A stretch of 64,000 bases of DNA from Planctomycetota bacterium. Lineage in GTDB: Bacteria; Planctomycetota; SZUA-567; H5-PLA8. Numbering within the stretch: position 1 is the stretch's first letter; every line of letters begins with the position of its first letter. This document shows, in pieces, positions 19,755 through 29,298 of the stretch. A program made the translations under genes and the position numbers. Under the pieces are notes generated by a model. The model made no database searches. It had not been told where the DNA came from and worked only from the letters and a program-made list of their open reading frames with translations. Location: positions 1 to 64,000 of the forward strand of contig JBBRPR010000040.1 of the NCBI GenBank assembly GCA_038227875.1, given 5' to 3'.

Positions 19755-19820
19755 CGCTGCGTAGCATTTCATCGAGCACGGGTCAATTGCCGAGGCCGGG
19801 CGCGCTTATGATTGGACCAA

Positions 19821-19850
19821 AAAAACTCGCCGCTAAACGCGGCGAGTTTT
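19821..19850. terminator. bidirectional intrinsic terminator
   Basis: AAAAACTCGCCGC-taaac-GCGGCGAGTTTT between convergent genes. Confidence 0.85.
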
Positions 19851-19893
19851 ACTTCCGTTAGTCGACATTCGACATTCACTGCTTCGACATTCC

Positions 19894-21066
19894 TCAGAAC
19901 CCCTTCGTCTGCGGCATCTCGATCGTCATCGTACCGACAACCTGGATCGTGAACGGGCCGTCGTGCGTGATGCGCGCGTTGGTTTTGCGCGGGGAGGAAT
20001 CGTTCACGGTCAGCTCCAGCTTGTTGTCCGTCACCATTACGGTGAAGCGGTTCTTGGGCAGCGCCAAAGGTATCGTTTTGTCGACGTCCGGCATGTTGTT
20101 GTTCTCGCCATCCGTCCAGCCGCCGGTCGGCGCGTACTGCTTGGCCTCGTCGCCCTTGATGATGTAACCGAAACCCGTCGCGTAGTGGCTCGATTCGCGC
20201 TGGCTCATCATGTCGCTGACGAATTCGTTGTTGGCGTTGCGGCAGAACATGCGGATCGTGCCGCTGCCGCCCTTGGGCACGGTCAGCTGCATCACGCCGT
20301 TGACGATCTTCGCTTCGCACTTGCCATCGGTGACTTCGTAAACGCCTTCGGATTTCTTCTTCCACGTGCCGGTGATCGTCGTCCAGCCGGCGGCCTTCAG
20401 CGCGCGCTCGACGTCGGGCGGAACGTTGCTGACGACCGGCTTCTCTTCGCTATTGTCCCACGGGCGGCGCGAGGTCGCAGGCGTCTTCGCGGCGACCTTC
20501 GGCTTGGCCAGGTTCTTCAGCGAATCGGGCATCCTGTCCGCGGAGACGTACAGCGGCAAGTTGAGCGTCGTGACTTTGCTCTGCGCTTCCTCCAGCGTGA
20601 CGCTGTCGGTGTTCTTCGCCGCGATCTTGCCCAGCTCGGTGGCGTACTCTTCCATCGCGGTGTTGAATTGCGTGGTGTAGGGGCTGAGCTTCAAGATGTG
20701 CTTGTCGCAGTCCTTGCCCTTGGCCCGTGCGACGGGATCGCCGCCCTTGCCGAATTCCTGGTTGGCGCGGACGAAAAAATTCAGCGCGTTGGTCTTGTCG
20801 TCTTCGGCTTCATAGATCTGGCCGAGCTGATAGAGCGCGTCGCCGCAGCCGTCATCATGAAAGAGCGCCTTGAAATAATAGAGCTTGGCCTGATCGAGCT
20901 TGCCGGCCTTCTTGAATTCCGCGGCGCTGTCAGCCAGACCCTTGGCGAGCCCCTTTTCCTTATCGTCGACATCGGCCGCCCGGGTGCTGAATGTCAACGC
21001 CACCGCGCCGGCACATACCAACTTTATCCACATGCTGCGAAACATACCGCCTCCGTTTTTGCCCAA
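19894..21066 (-). CDS. secreted hypothetical protein with a TPR-like N-terminal region
   Basis: signal peptide, TPR-like helices (ALYQLGQIYE); exact start uncertain (21066/21045/21033). Confidence 0.8.
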   Translation of the reverse strand: MGKNGGGMFRSMWIKLVCAGAVALTFSTRAADVDDKEKGLAKGLADSAAEFKKAGKLDQAKLYYFKALFHDDGCGDALYQLGQIYEAEDDKTNALNFFVRANQEFGKGGDPVARAKGKDCDKHILKLSPYTTQFNTAMEEYATELGKIAAKNTDSVTLEEAQSKVTTLNLPLYVSADRMPDSLKNLAKPKVAAKTPATSRRPWDNSEEKPVVSNVPPDVERALKAAGWTTITGTWKKKSEGVYEVTDGKCEAKIVNGVMQLTVPKGGSGTIRMFCRNANNEFVSDMMSQRESSHYATGFGYIIKGDEAKQYAPTGGWTDGENNNMPDVDKTIPLALPKNRFTVMVTDNKLELTVNDSSPRKTNARITHDGPFTIQVVGTMTIEMPQTKGF

Positions 21067-21373
21067 TCTGCCATACGGTCGAAAAAGACCGCTCGTGTCA
21101 AATCACATCGCTACGCGTCAGGACTGTCCTTCGCTAAACAAGATGGAGGAACCAGCGTCACGGGTGAATGCAATAATCACGCAAAACCTATCATGAAAAG
21201 CACGGTGTGCAATTATAATCATTTGTAGAATTTATACCTCTTCAACGGACTGTTACATCCACAGGCCGATGCCCGATCCCAGTGTTCACGGTATTCGACG
21301 CCTCAGATCTCCATGTAGAGCGATAAAAACGGATGAAGCGTGTAACAATTCCGTCACAAATCCTGATTAAACA

Positions 21374-21402
21374 TTGCGGCTGCGACTTTTGCGGGGGATA
21401 AT
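21374..21402 (+). promoter_or_regulatory. possible sigma70 promoter for hflX
   Basis: TTGCGG-N17-GATAAT. Confidence 0.4.
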
Positions 21403-21456
21403 GGCTGGAAGTTAAGCTATGTCCCGCATGGACTTCACATCGAGCACGAGACTTTC

Positions 21457-22860
21457 ATGGCCGTCCCCAAAGCACGCGACGTAAAACTCACCGCCGGTCG
21501 AGAAAAAGTGGTCCTGGTCGGTGGTTACCGCCCCGGAGACCTGCTCCCTGGTGAAGCTCCGTTGGAAGAGCTGGAACAACTGGCCCGCACCGCCGGCGCG
21601 GTGGTCGTGGGCAAAATCGTTCAGAATATCAAGGAAGTGACGCCGGCCACATTCATCGGCAAGGGCAAAGTTCAAGAGGTTAAAGAGCTGGCCGAAGCAA
21701 TGGGCGCCAAGTGCGTGCTCTTCGATCACGACCTGCTACCCGGCCAGGGCAAAAATCTCGACGTGGCCACCGGCATGAAGGTGATGGACCGCACCGAGCT
21801 GATTCTCGACATTTTCGCCAGCCGCGCGCGGACACGCATGGCGGCCGTGCAGGTCGGCATCGCGTTGCTCAACTACCGCCTGCCGCGTTTGAAGCGCTTG
21901 TGGACGCATTTGGAACGCCAGGTCGGCGGTATCGGCATGCGCGGCGGACCCGGCGAACGGCAGATGGAAGTCGACCGCCGCAAAATTGAAAAGCAGATCG
22001 ACGACCTCAAACACGAGCTGAAAGAAATCGAAAAGCGCAAAGAGCGTATGGTCCGCTCACGCGCCGCGGATCATTACCTCGTCTCGCTGGTGGGCTACAC
22101 CAACGCCGGAAAAAGCACACTGATGCGCGCACTGACCGGCGAACAGGTGCTGGTTGAAGACAAACTCTTCGCCACGCTCGACACCAAGACCAGCATGCTG
22201 AAACTCGGTGGCGGCCTGCACGTGCTGCTCTCCGACACGGTCGGATTCATCCGCCGGCTGCCGCATCATCTGGTCGCGAGCTTTCACGCCACGCTGGAAG
22301 AAGCGCGCCACGCCGATTTGCTGCTGCATGTCGCCGACGCCTCGTCGCCGCACGTTCGCGGACAGATCGACGCGGTGAATTCCGTGCTGCGCCAGATTGG
22401 CTGCGCCGATCAGGAAGCGATTCTGCTGCTGAACAAGACCGACGCCGTCGGCACGGTCTCGAAGAACATTCTCGACGACAGCCCGATCGAACACACCACG
22501 GAGCTGGACTACACAATGCTCCGCCGCGATTTTCCGGAAGCGATTCCCGTCTCGGCGCTCCGCTCGGAAGGCTTGGAGCGCCTCAAGAACGAAATCCGCG
22601 AACGCGCCCGCGAAGACGCGCAGCCGTTGACGCTGGCCGTGCATGTCGGCGACGGCAAGACGCTGGCGTTCCTGGCGACGCATTTCTTCGAAGACTCCCG
22701 CGAAACCGACGACGAGTGGGTGACGCTGACCGGCCGCGCCTCGCGCAACGTCATCGAAAAGCTGCTGGGCTCGCAAGACACCGTCAAGATTCTTAAAGGG
22801 TGGACGCCGGACACCGACAAGAAGTTTGAGCCGCTGGCCGTCAATCCGCGACCGCTGTAA
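21457..22860 (+). CDS. hflX: ribosome-splitting GTPase HflX
   Basis: FIGKGKVQE, GPGERQME, GYTNAGKS, LFATLD, DTVGFI, NKTD motifs. Confidence 0.97.
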   Translation: MAVPKARDVKLTAGREKVVLVGGYRPGDLLPGEAPLEELEQLARTAGAVVVGKIVQNIKEVTPATFIGKGKVQEVKELAEAMGAKCVLFDHDLLPGQGKNLDVATGMKVMDRTELILDIFASRARTRMAAVQVGIALLNYRLPRLKRLWTHLERQVGGIGMRGGPGERQMEVDRRKIEKQIDDLKHELKEIEKRKERMVRSRAADHYLVSLVGYTNAGKSTLMRALTGEQVLVEDKLFATLDTKTSMLKLGGGLHVLLSDTVGFIRRLPHHLVASFHATLEEARHADLLLHVADASSPHVRGQIDAVNSVLRQIGCADQEAILLLNKTDAVGTVSKNILDDSPIEHTTELDYTMLRRDFPEAIPVSALRSEGLERLKNEIRERAREDAQPLTLAVHVGDGKTLAFLATHFFEDSRETDDEWVTLTGRASRNVIEKLLGSQDTVKILKGWTPDTDKKFEPLAVNPRPL

Positions 22861-23060
22861 CAGAGTCATTGGGTATTGGTCAGTGATCATTTATGAAAAT
22901 CAGTGCGGTCGGCGGCGTTCCGTAAATGACGGAGTCCGATGCACTTGTGAAGATAATTATTTGAAATGGTCCCGGCATCCGGGTTGAAAATCAACCAAGC
23001 GCCTATAAAAATAAAGACAACTACTTTAACGACTAAAACATTTAAAGAAGGCGAAAACCT

Positions 23061-25337
23061 ATGGCTGATAGCAGCCCGTCCACCGGTTTTACTGTCTCAC
23101 TACCTTTGGGAGCTGGAATCGCAGCGGCGGGTCTGCTGTGTCTGGGAGGTGCGCTGGCGTATGGACTGCGCACGCCGCCGGAAGATCCCGAGGTCGCGTC
23201 AATTCAGAAGACCATCTCCGAAAATGCGACGCGTCTGGCCACCTATCGCGCGGATATTCCGCAACTCACCACCGAGGCCGCGTCGCGCCGCGAAGAGCAG
23301 ACAAAGTTAAAAGCCGACAACGATAAGCTCGAAGCCACGATCACTGAACGTACCGTCAAGTTCAATGCGCTGCAGAACGAACGGTCTGCGGCGCTGGCCG
23401 CGGCACAGGTCAAGCAGAACGATTCCTTCGACAAGGAACGGGACGCGCGCCAGAAGCTGGCCGAAACCAGCAATTCACAGCTGACTCAGGCGGAACTGCA
23501 GACACTGCTGACTCGCTACCAGAACATGCTGGTCACGTTGCTTTCGGAAGAAGGTCAGCTGGGCACCGGTTTCTACTATAGCCTGCCGCGCGGTGCGGTG
23601 GTCGTCGCACCGATTCCCAGCAGCCGGATCAATCTGCAGGTGATCATGAAAATGAACGTGATCGTGCCGGGCCAGCAGGGCATGACTCCGGCGGCGACCA
23701 TCGGGCGCGTGCTGTACATCGACGAGCAGACGGGACTCTCGTTCGTGTCCGCCGAATTTCCGGCGTCGATCAAAGTCCGCTGCTTTGACGCCAAGGATAT
23801 GAGCAAGGCCGAGGCTGGCGACAAGGTCTACGCCATCTCCACTCAGGTGGTCGGTGATCGGATTCTGGAAAACAACGTCGTGGACGGTGACGTCAGTTCC
23901 ACCGAACGCAGGGAAGGGAACCGGACGTACCTGCAGATCGGCATCGCCGGTAACGATGGCATGTGTGGCGCGACTCTGGTGAACAAGCGCGGCGGTATGA
24001 TCGGCGTCCTCATCGGTGCGGCACCGGGGCTGGAACGGACGAGCTTCGCGATTCCGGCCACGGAACTTCCTGCGGCAGCGGCGCGCTTTGCCGTGGCGCC
24101 GCCTCCGCCGGATCTCCCGGATGACGAGCCTCCACCAGGACGCCGCTTAAAGCCCGATCGTCCGATTGCGGATAATCCGCCGATTCCGAACAATCCGCTT
24201 AATGCTCCAAACAGGCGCAGGAACTTTAATCCTGACGAGGTCAAAGCCGCGGTGGAAAAACACGCCCTTCCCTATTCCAGGGAGAACGCGCTCTTCCTCG
24301 GTTGGGCTCCCGATAACAATCCGCATGCAATCTTTTCGGGGCCGGACGGCTTGTTGGTAATACTTGACAATCCTCATGGAAAATTAATGGCGTACCGTCC
24401 GGGCAGTACCATTGCGGCATGGGAGCATCAATTCACAGGCAGACTGTGCCTGGCGTACAGTTATCTGTTCAATCAAATTCTGGCGACACCCTGGGCTCAG
24501 GATAAAAAGACTCAGCCCCACACGATCGATTTTCGTAATGGCACCGCACAACCGAAGCCTGGCAAGTATCCAGAACGTCTGGAAGGCTTTTATCTGGAAC
24601 TGGCCAATAACACATACATCTCCAACCGTACGGGCAACGGACTTGATTATTTCGATTCCAACACCGGCGACTCAATGAGTCTCACCAACGATAAAATCAT
24701 CGGCGTGACATCGGACCGGGTCTATGTACTTCACAATAATTCGGACTTGGGCTTCTTCGATTTGCAGCTCATGCTGGGTCTCAAGAAACAGGAGGTGCTC
24801 CTGCAGCGGCAACTTCAGGACTTGAACAAATTGCCTCCGACGCCCGATACCGCAAAAAAGAGAGATGGATTGATGGATCAATCCGGGGACGTGCGGGAGA
24901 AAATCCAACAGGCCACAAAAGCTTACCATGCGGAAGGAAATGGACAGATCTCGCACATTGGCGAAAATCGCTTCCTCATTGGTTATCAAATTTTTGAGCT
25001 AAAGGTGGGAGGCGTTCAATTGCTTGGCAGTCTGCCGACAGTCGAGCACAGTGCGATTAACGAACCCTGGTTTGAAGGATACCTGCCTTCCTACTGGATC
25101 ACGGCGGACAAACCGATTCGTCCCATCAACATTTCTCAAAACGGAAAATGGGCCATCAGCCAGACCCATCTGTACAGCCTGACTGATTATAAGGTCGCTG
25201 CGGAGCTGCCGCTGCCCACGCGGTATGGCGGGTTCCTGACCGACAACAAGACCCTGTGGCTGTTCGATTCGGTTCACAACTGTTTCTATTTCCTGAACCT
25301 CGAAACCCTGGCACCGCAGAAGTTCAAAGCCAAATAG
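23061..25337 (+). CDS. membrane-anchored trypsin-like pseudoprotease (coiled coil + degenerate protease domain + propeller-like tail)
   Basis: GTGF strand present, but no catalytic His or Asp, and GNDGMCGATL replaces NPGNSGGPL. Confidence 0.8.
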   Translation: MADSSPSTGFTVSLPLGAGIAAAGLLCLGGALAYGLRTPPEDPEVASIQKTISENATRLATYRADIPQLTTEAASRREEQTKLKADNDKLEATITERTVKFNALQNERSAALAAAQVKQNDSFDKERDARQKLAETSNSQLTQAELQTLLTRYQNMLVTLLSEEGQLGTGFYYSLPRGAVVVAPIPSSRINLQVIMKMNVIVPGQQGMTPAATIGRVLYIDEQTGLSFVSAEFPASIKVRCFDAKDMSKAEAGDKVYAISTQVVGDRILENNVVDGDVSSTERREGNRTYLQIGIAGNDGMCGATLVNKRGGMIGVLIGAAPGLERTSFAIPATELPAAAARFAVAPPPPDLPDDEPPPGRRLKPDRPIADNPPIPNNPLNAPNRRRNFNPDEVKAAVEKHALPYSRENALFLGWAPDNNPHAIFSGPDGLLVILDNPHGKLMAYRPGSTIAAWEHQFTGRLCLAYSYLFNQILATPWAQDKKTQPHTIDFRNGTAQPKPGKYPERLEGFYLELANNTYISNRTGNGLDYFDSNTGDSMSLTNDKIIGVTSDRVYVLHNNSDLGFFDLQLMLGLKKQEVLLQRQLQDLNKLPPTPDTAKKRDGLMDQSGDVREKIQQATKAYHAEGNGQISHIGENRFLIGYQIFELKVGGVQLLGSLPTVEHSAINEPWFEGYLPSYWITADKPIRPINISQNGKWAISQTHLYSLTDYKVAAELPLPTRYGGFLTDNKTLWLFDSVHNCFYFLNLETLAPQKFKAK

Positions 25338-25373
25338 CCCGAATCTGCCTGCTCTGTTTATGCTGGAGAACCC

Positions 25374-28004
25374 ATGCCTCAATTGACGTGTTCGAACTGC
25401 AAGCAACCCTTCACCGTGGCGGCAATCGGCGACTCCGTGACCTGTCCGAATTGCCAGGCGACATTCGCGATCCGCATCAAAACGTCAGCCGCTCCGTTGG
25501 CGCCGGTGACAGGAGTGGCGGCGGAATCAGCTGCCGTCCCGATCGAAGCGACTCCAGAATCGCCGTTCGCGCCTGCCGCTCCTGCACCCGCGGTGGAAGA
25601 CGAATTCGCACTCCAGCCCATGCCTGGAGAAGCACCTGTTGCGCCGGCAGACACCGATGAACTCGCACTGCAGCCCGCGCCCGTGGTCGCCAAACCGGTC
25701 GTGACTCTGCCTGCCGGGCCTGTCCCTCCTCTGCCGGCCGCCTCCACTCCGCCTGTGCGTCCAGTCCCCGCAGCCGCGAAAAAGGCCGTGGTGAAAGCGC
25801 AACCGCCGAAGTCGCCCTCGAAGCGGCAGCCCCAGGTTTCCGAATCGGGGGAACCGCTGAAAACTTCAGCGCAAAGTCCGCTCGGCTGGGCGCTGGCGGG
25901 TGTCGGCGGCTGCATGATGCTCGCCGCCGTCGTCATTCTGCTCATCAGTCCCTTGCGAGCCCCGACCCATTCAGCCGCTGAGCTAAAGAAGCAGCAGGAC
26001 GCGGGCGTGAAGGAAGTTACGGACGCCTTCAATGCGCGCAAGCCACTGGAATTCGCTCGCGATACGGCAGCCGGCGAATTCAAAAACGAACAGACGCGTG
26101 CGGCCGAATTGGGTGAACGCAGCAAGCGGCTCGACCAGAACTTCGAAACACTGGCTGCCGCCAACGCGCGGAATTTCACGGATTTCAAACAGAAGCAGGA
26201 GCAGTCCGACAGAACGCAGGCCAAAACCCAGGAGGCGCTCGCGCAGTTCGGCGAAGGCACATCCAACCGCTCGATCCCGATGCTGGAAAAATCCGTCGTG
26301 GTCGTCATCACCGACTGCGGTTCGGGATCAGGATTCGTCCTCAACGACAGCGGCCTCGTGGCCACAAATTACCATGTCGTCGAAGGCTGCTCGAAACTCA
26401 CGGTGAAACTTCAGAAGCGCGATTCGAAGGAGCAGACGGCGATCGAAACCGGCGTGATCAAGGCCGTTGATCCGGAGCGCGACCTGGCACTGATCCAGCT
26501 TCCCGCCTGCCCGGCGGAGATCGGAGAAAATGGCAAGTACCCCAGCGTCTCTCTGCGGCTGAACCAGCCGGCGATGACCGGCGAAAACGTGATGGCGATC
26601 GGCAATCCCGGTCTTGAAAACATCATTCTCGATTACACCGTGACCAAGGGCATCGTCTCGAACGCCGACCGCTCGCTGGATGGTAAGAAATTCCTCCAGG
26701 TTTCCGCCGTGGTCAATCCCGGCAACTCCGGCGGCCCGCTCTTCGACTCCCAGGGCAACGTGCTGGGCGTGGTCGCCGCCAAAGGCATCAACGTCGAAGC
26801 GATGACGTTTGTGATTCCCGCTCGGGATTTGAGCGCCTTCTGGAAACGCATGGGCGAAGATCCGTGCGCGGTAAAGGACGGGCTTGAGGCTTGGGAAAAA
26901 GTGCATCGCCCGCTCACGGCTCTTCAGCGCAAGCGCGCGGCGATGTCCGCCAAGCCCACCGTCGAATTCAATGCCGATCCGACCGGCATGATCGAAGGGC
27001 CGGATGGCAAGACGCTCTACATTTTGTTTGGACTCACCGGACGCGTGCAGGAATTCGATCTCAAGACGCGCAAACTCGGTCGCGAATGCCGCACCGAATG
27101 TGTCCTCACGGATCTCGTTCCGTACGGCGCAAACGGCGAATACGCACTGACCCATTCCTTCGAAACGGCCAAGACGCTGCGCATCAATCTGAAAACGATG
27201 TCCGTCTCCGGCGAAGTCAAGACCATGGACGCCGCTGTCGCCGCCGCACCTTTCGGAGCGATCGGCTATGCACTGCTGCTGCGCGAACGAGGCATCCCCT
27301 GGTTGATCAACCAGACTCATTTTGACAAGAGTTCCACGGTTGGATTATGGCCGCTGGGCGACGAGTCCACTCAGGTTCATTCGGCGGCATCCAATGCCCG
27401 CTGGCTGCTGATGGCGGCTTACGAGGCCGGTACGACCACCTTCAAGCTACAGGCCTACCCGCTGGCACAGTGCCAGCCATACATTTCGCAACTGGCGGAT
27501 TTGAAGCGTCGAAACAACGGGGCCAGCACCTTTCAGGAAGAAGCAGCGCTGAAAACCAAGATCGATGGCCTCTGCAAAACGTTCGACCTGTCGATGCTCG
27601 TCACCATCCAGGAAGGCAAGGTCTCCCGCAAGATGCTGACGTGGGCGCCCGGCGACCACTTCATTTTTGCCCGGCGCGTATTCAAAACCGGCGTCAAACT
27701 CGAATGCGAAGGCAGCTTCGATGCCAGTCCGTACACAGACGCTGTCGCAGGGCAACCCAAGAGCGTTCGCGACGACATCCACTATATGGAAAACATCTTC
27801 ACCGTCAGTCCCAGCGGCAAGTACGCCGTCAGTGGCCTGTGCATCTACGACATTTCCACGCGTAAGATTTTCAAACAGCTCCCGTTTCCATCGGCTGTTC
27901 ACACTTTTATCAACGACGGAAAGGGCATGGTCCTGCTAAGCAACCGCGGTTTGTTCTGCTTCGACGACTGGCAAACCGATTTCCCCGCCCCCGACGCCAA
28001 ATAA
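25374..28004 (+). CDS. Zn-ribbon/TM/coiled-coil trypsin-like (S1C) serine protease
   Basis: N-terminal CSNC..CPNC; catalytic triad TNYHVV, DLALI, NPGNSGGPL. Confidence 0.9.
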   Translation: MPQLTCSNCKQPFTVAAIGDSVTCPNCQATFAIRIKTSAAPLAPVTGVAAESAAVPIEATPESPFAPAAPAPAVEDEFALQPMPGEAPVAPADTDELALQPAPVVAKPVVTLPAGPVPPLPAASTPPVRPVPAAAKKAVVKAQPPKSPSKRQPQVSESGEPLKTSAQSPLGWALAGVGGCMMLAAVVILLISPLRAPTHSAAELKKQQDAGVKEVTDAFNARKPLEFARDTAAGEFKNEQTRAAELGERSKRLDQNFETLAAANARNFTDFKQKQEQSDRTQAKTQEALAQFGEGTSNRSIPMLEKSVVVVITDCGSGSGFVLNDSGLVATNYHVVEGCSKLTVKLQKRDSKEQTAIETGVIKAVDPERDLALIQLPACPAEIGENGKYPSVSLRLNQPAMTGENVMAIGNPGLENIILDYTVTKGIVSNADRSLDGKKFLQVSAVVNPGNSGGPLFDSQGNVLGVVAAKGINVEAMTFVIPARDLSAFWKRMGEDPCAVKDGLEAWEKVHRPLTALQRKRAAMSAKPTVEFNADPTGMIEGPDGKTLYILFGLTGRVQEFDLKTRKLGRECRTECVLTDLVPYGANGEYALTHSFETAKTLRINLKTMSVSGEVKTMDAAVAAAPFGAIGYALLLRERGIPWLINQTHFDKSSTVGLWPLGDESTQVHSAASNARWLLMAAYEAGTTTFKLQAYPLAQCQPYISQLADLKRRNNGASTFQEEAALKTKIDGLCKTFDLSMLVTIQEGKVSRKMLTWAPGDHFIFARRVFKTGVKLECEGSFDASPYTDAVAGQPKSVRDDIHYMENIFTVSPSGKYAVSGLCIYDISTRKIFKQLPFPSAVHTFINDGKGMVLLSNRGLFCFDDWQTDFPAPDAK

Positions 28005-28129
28005 CGAAATTGAGTCATCAGTCATTTGCGGAGCGTTCAGGCAAGCCTTAGGGCCCATCTCCCGCTCCCCGTAAATGACCAATGACTCCTTTCCCTCGTC
28101 TATCGGACGCGTGTAGTATTTCTTAGAAA

Positions 28130-28162
28130 TAGTTCTACCTTTGAACTACCTTTGGTGTACCT
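28130..28162. promoter_or_regulatory. candidate operator upstream of the GntR gene
   Basis: TAGTTC-N7-GAACTA palindrome with TACCT at 28136, 28147 and 28158 (11-bp period). Confidence 0.45.
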
Positions 28163-28170
28163 ATAGATGC

Positions 28171-29286
28171 ATGAAACTCACGCCTAAGGACATTCGCCCG
28201 CTGTACGACCAGGTCAAGGACCTCCTCCGCACGCAGATTGAGGACGGGACGCTGGCGGCTAATTCACCTCTTCCTACACAGGAGGAACTGGCTAGCAAGC
28301 TCGGCGTCAGCGACATGACGGTGCGCCGCGCGCTGATTGAGCTCACCTCGGAAGGCTGGCTGCAACGGGTGCGCGGCAAAGGTACCTTTGTGCGTGGCAG
28401 GCCGGAAGTCAATGTCGAGAAGATCTGCATCACGGTTGTCTCGAATCTCGACAGCGACCAGATCCGTGGCAGTTTGTTCTACCACCGCATCTTCCAGAGT
28501 ATGCACCACGTCGCGGACACCAGCGGCGCGTTTCTCTCGATCCGCAAGATCACGGAGCCGCACGCAGAGTTTGTGGCGCGGCTCAAGGCGCAGGACGTCA
28601 CCGGGCTGGTGCTGATGGGCATCACCGACGACGACCTGCTCAAGCGTGTCCAGCAGTCGCGCATTCCGGCGGTGATCCTCGACAGCGCGCAGCCGTCCAG
28701 CGGCCCGCAGTTCGACGAAGTGAATCACTGTGACGAAGAGTCGGCGTTTCGCGCGGTTAGCGAGCTGACACAATTGGGCCACGAACGCATCGGCATCTAT
28801 CAGACGCCGGGGAAGTCTCAGTTTTTCGATCAGCGCATGGCCGGTTACCGGCGCGCGCTGAAAGTGGCCGGGATCAAATTCGATCCCAGCCTCGTGTACC
28901 ACGTGGTGCTCAACAGCCAGGCGGCGTACGCGCAGACGGTGAAACTGCTGCGCGAACCCAATCGGTGCTCGGCGTTGTTCTGCACCATCGACGAACTGGC
29001 GCTCGGCGCGATCACGGCGGCGCGCGATCATGGCGTGGCAGTGCCGGACGATCTGAGCGTCGTGGGCTTCGGCGACATCGGGCTGTTCTGCGTTCCGGCG
29101 CTCTCCACGGCGCGCTTGCCGATGGAACAGATGGGCACGGGCGCCATCGAGACGCTGCTGCGGCGCATTCACAATCGGTCGGCGGAATTGCAACGCATTA
29201 TTTTGGTTCCGGAATGGATCGCGCGGGGCTCGGCGGGATTTCCGCGCTCGAAAAATCTGGCCGTCAAAACTGGCGGCGCGAAGTAA
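28171..29286 (+). CDS. GntR-HTH / LacI-type effector-domain regulator (AraR-like)
   Basis: LPTQEELA..LGVSDMTVRRAL..RGKGTFV; C-terminal VPDDLSVVGFGD, PALST. Confidence 0.9.
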   Translation: MKLTPKDIRPLYDQVKDLLRTQIEDGTLAANSPLPTQEELASKLGVSDMTVRRALIELTSEGWLQRVRGKGTFVRGRPEVNVEKICITVVSNLDSDQIRGSLFYHRIFQSMHHVADTSGAFLSIRKITEPHAEFVARLKAQDVTGLVLMGITDDDLLKRVQQSRIPAVILDSAQPSSGPQFDEVNHCDEESAFRAVSELTQLGHERIGIYQTPGKSQFFDQRMAGYRRALKVAGIKFDPSLVYHVVLNSQAAYAQTVKLLREPNRCSALFCTIDELALGAITAARDHGVAVPDDLSVVGFGDIGLFCVPALSTARLPMEQMGTGAIETLLRRIHNRSAELQRIILVPEWIARGSAGFPRSKNLAVKTGGAK

Positions 29287-29298
29287 ACGGGGGAACTC

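Noticed and set aside
21024..21032. Perfect DnaA box TTATCCACA
   Set aside because: It is a single copy within coding sequence (ATG TGG ATA A on the minus strand) with no cluster, so it does not support oriC.
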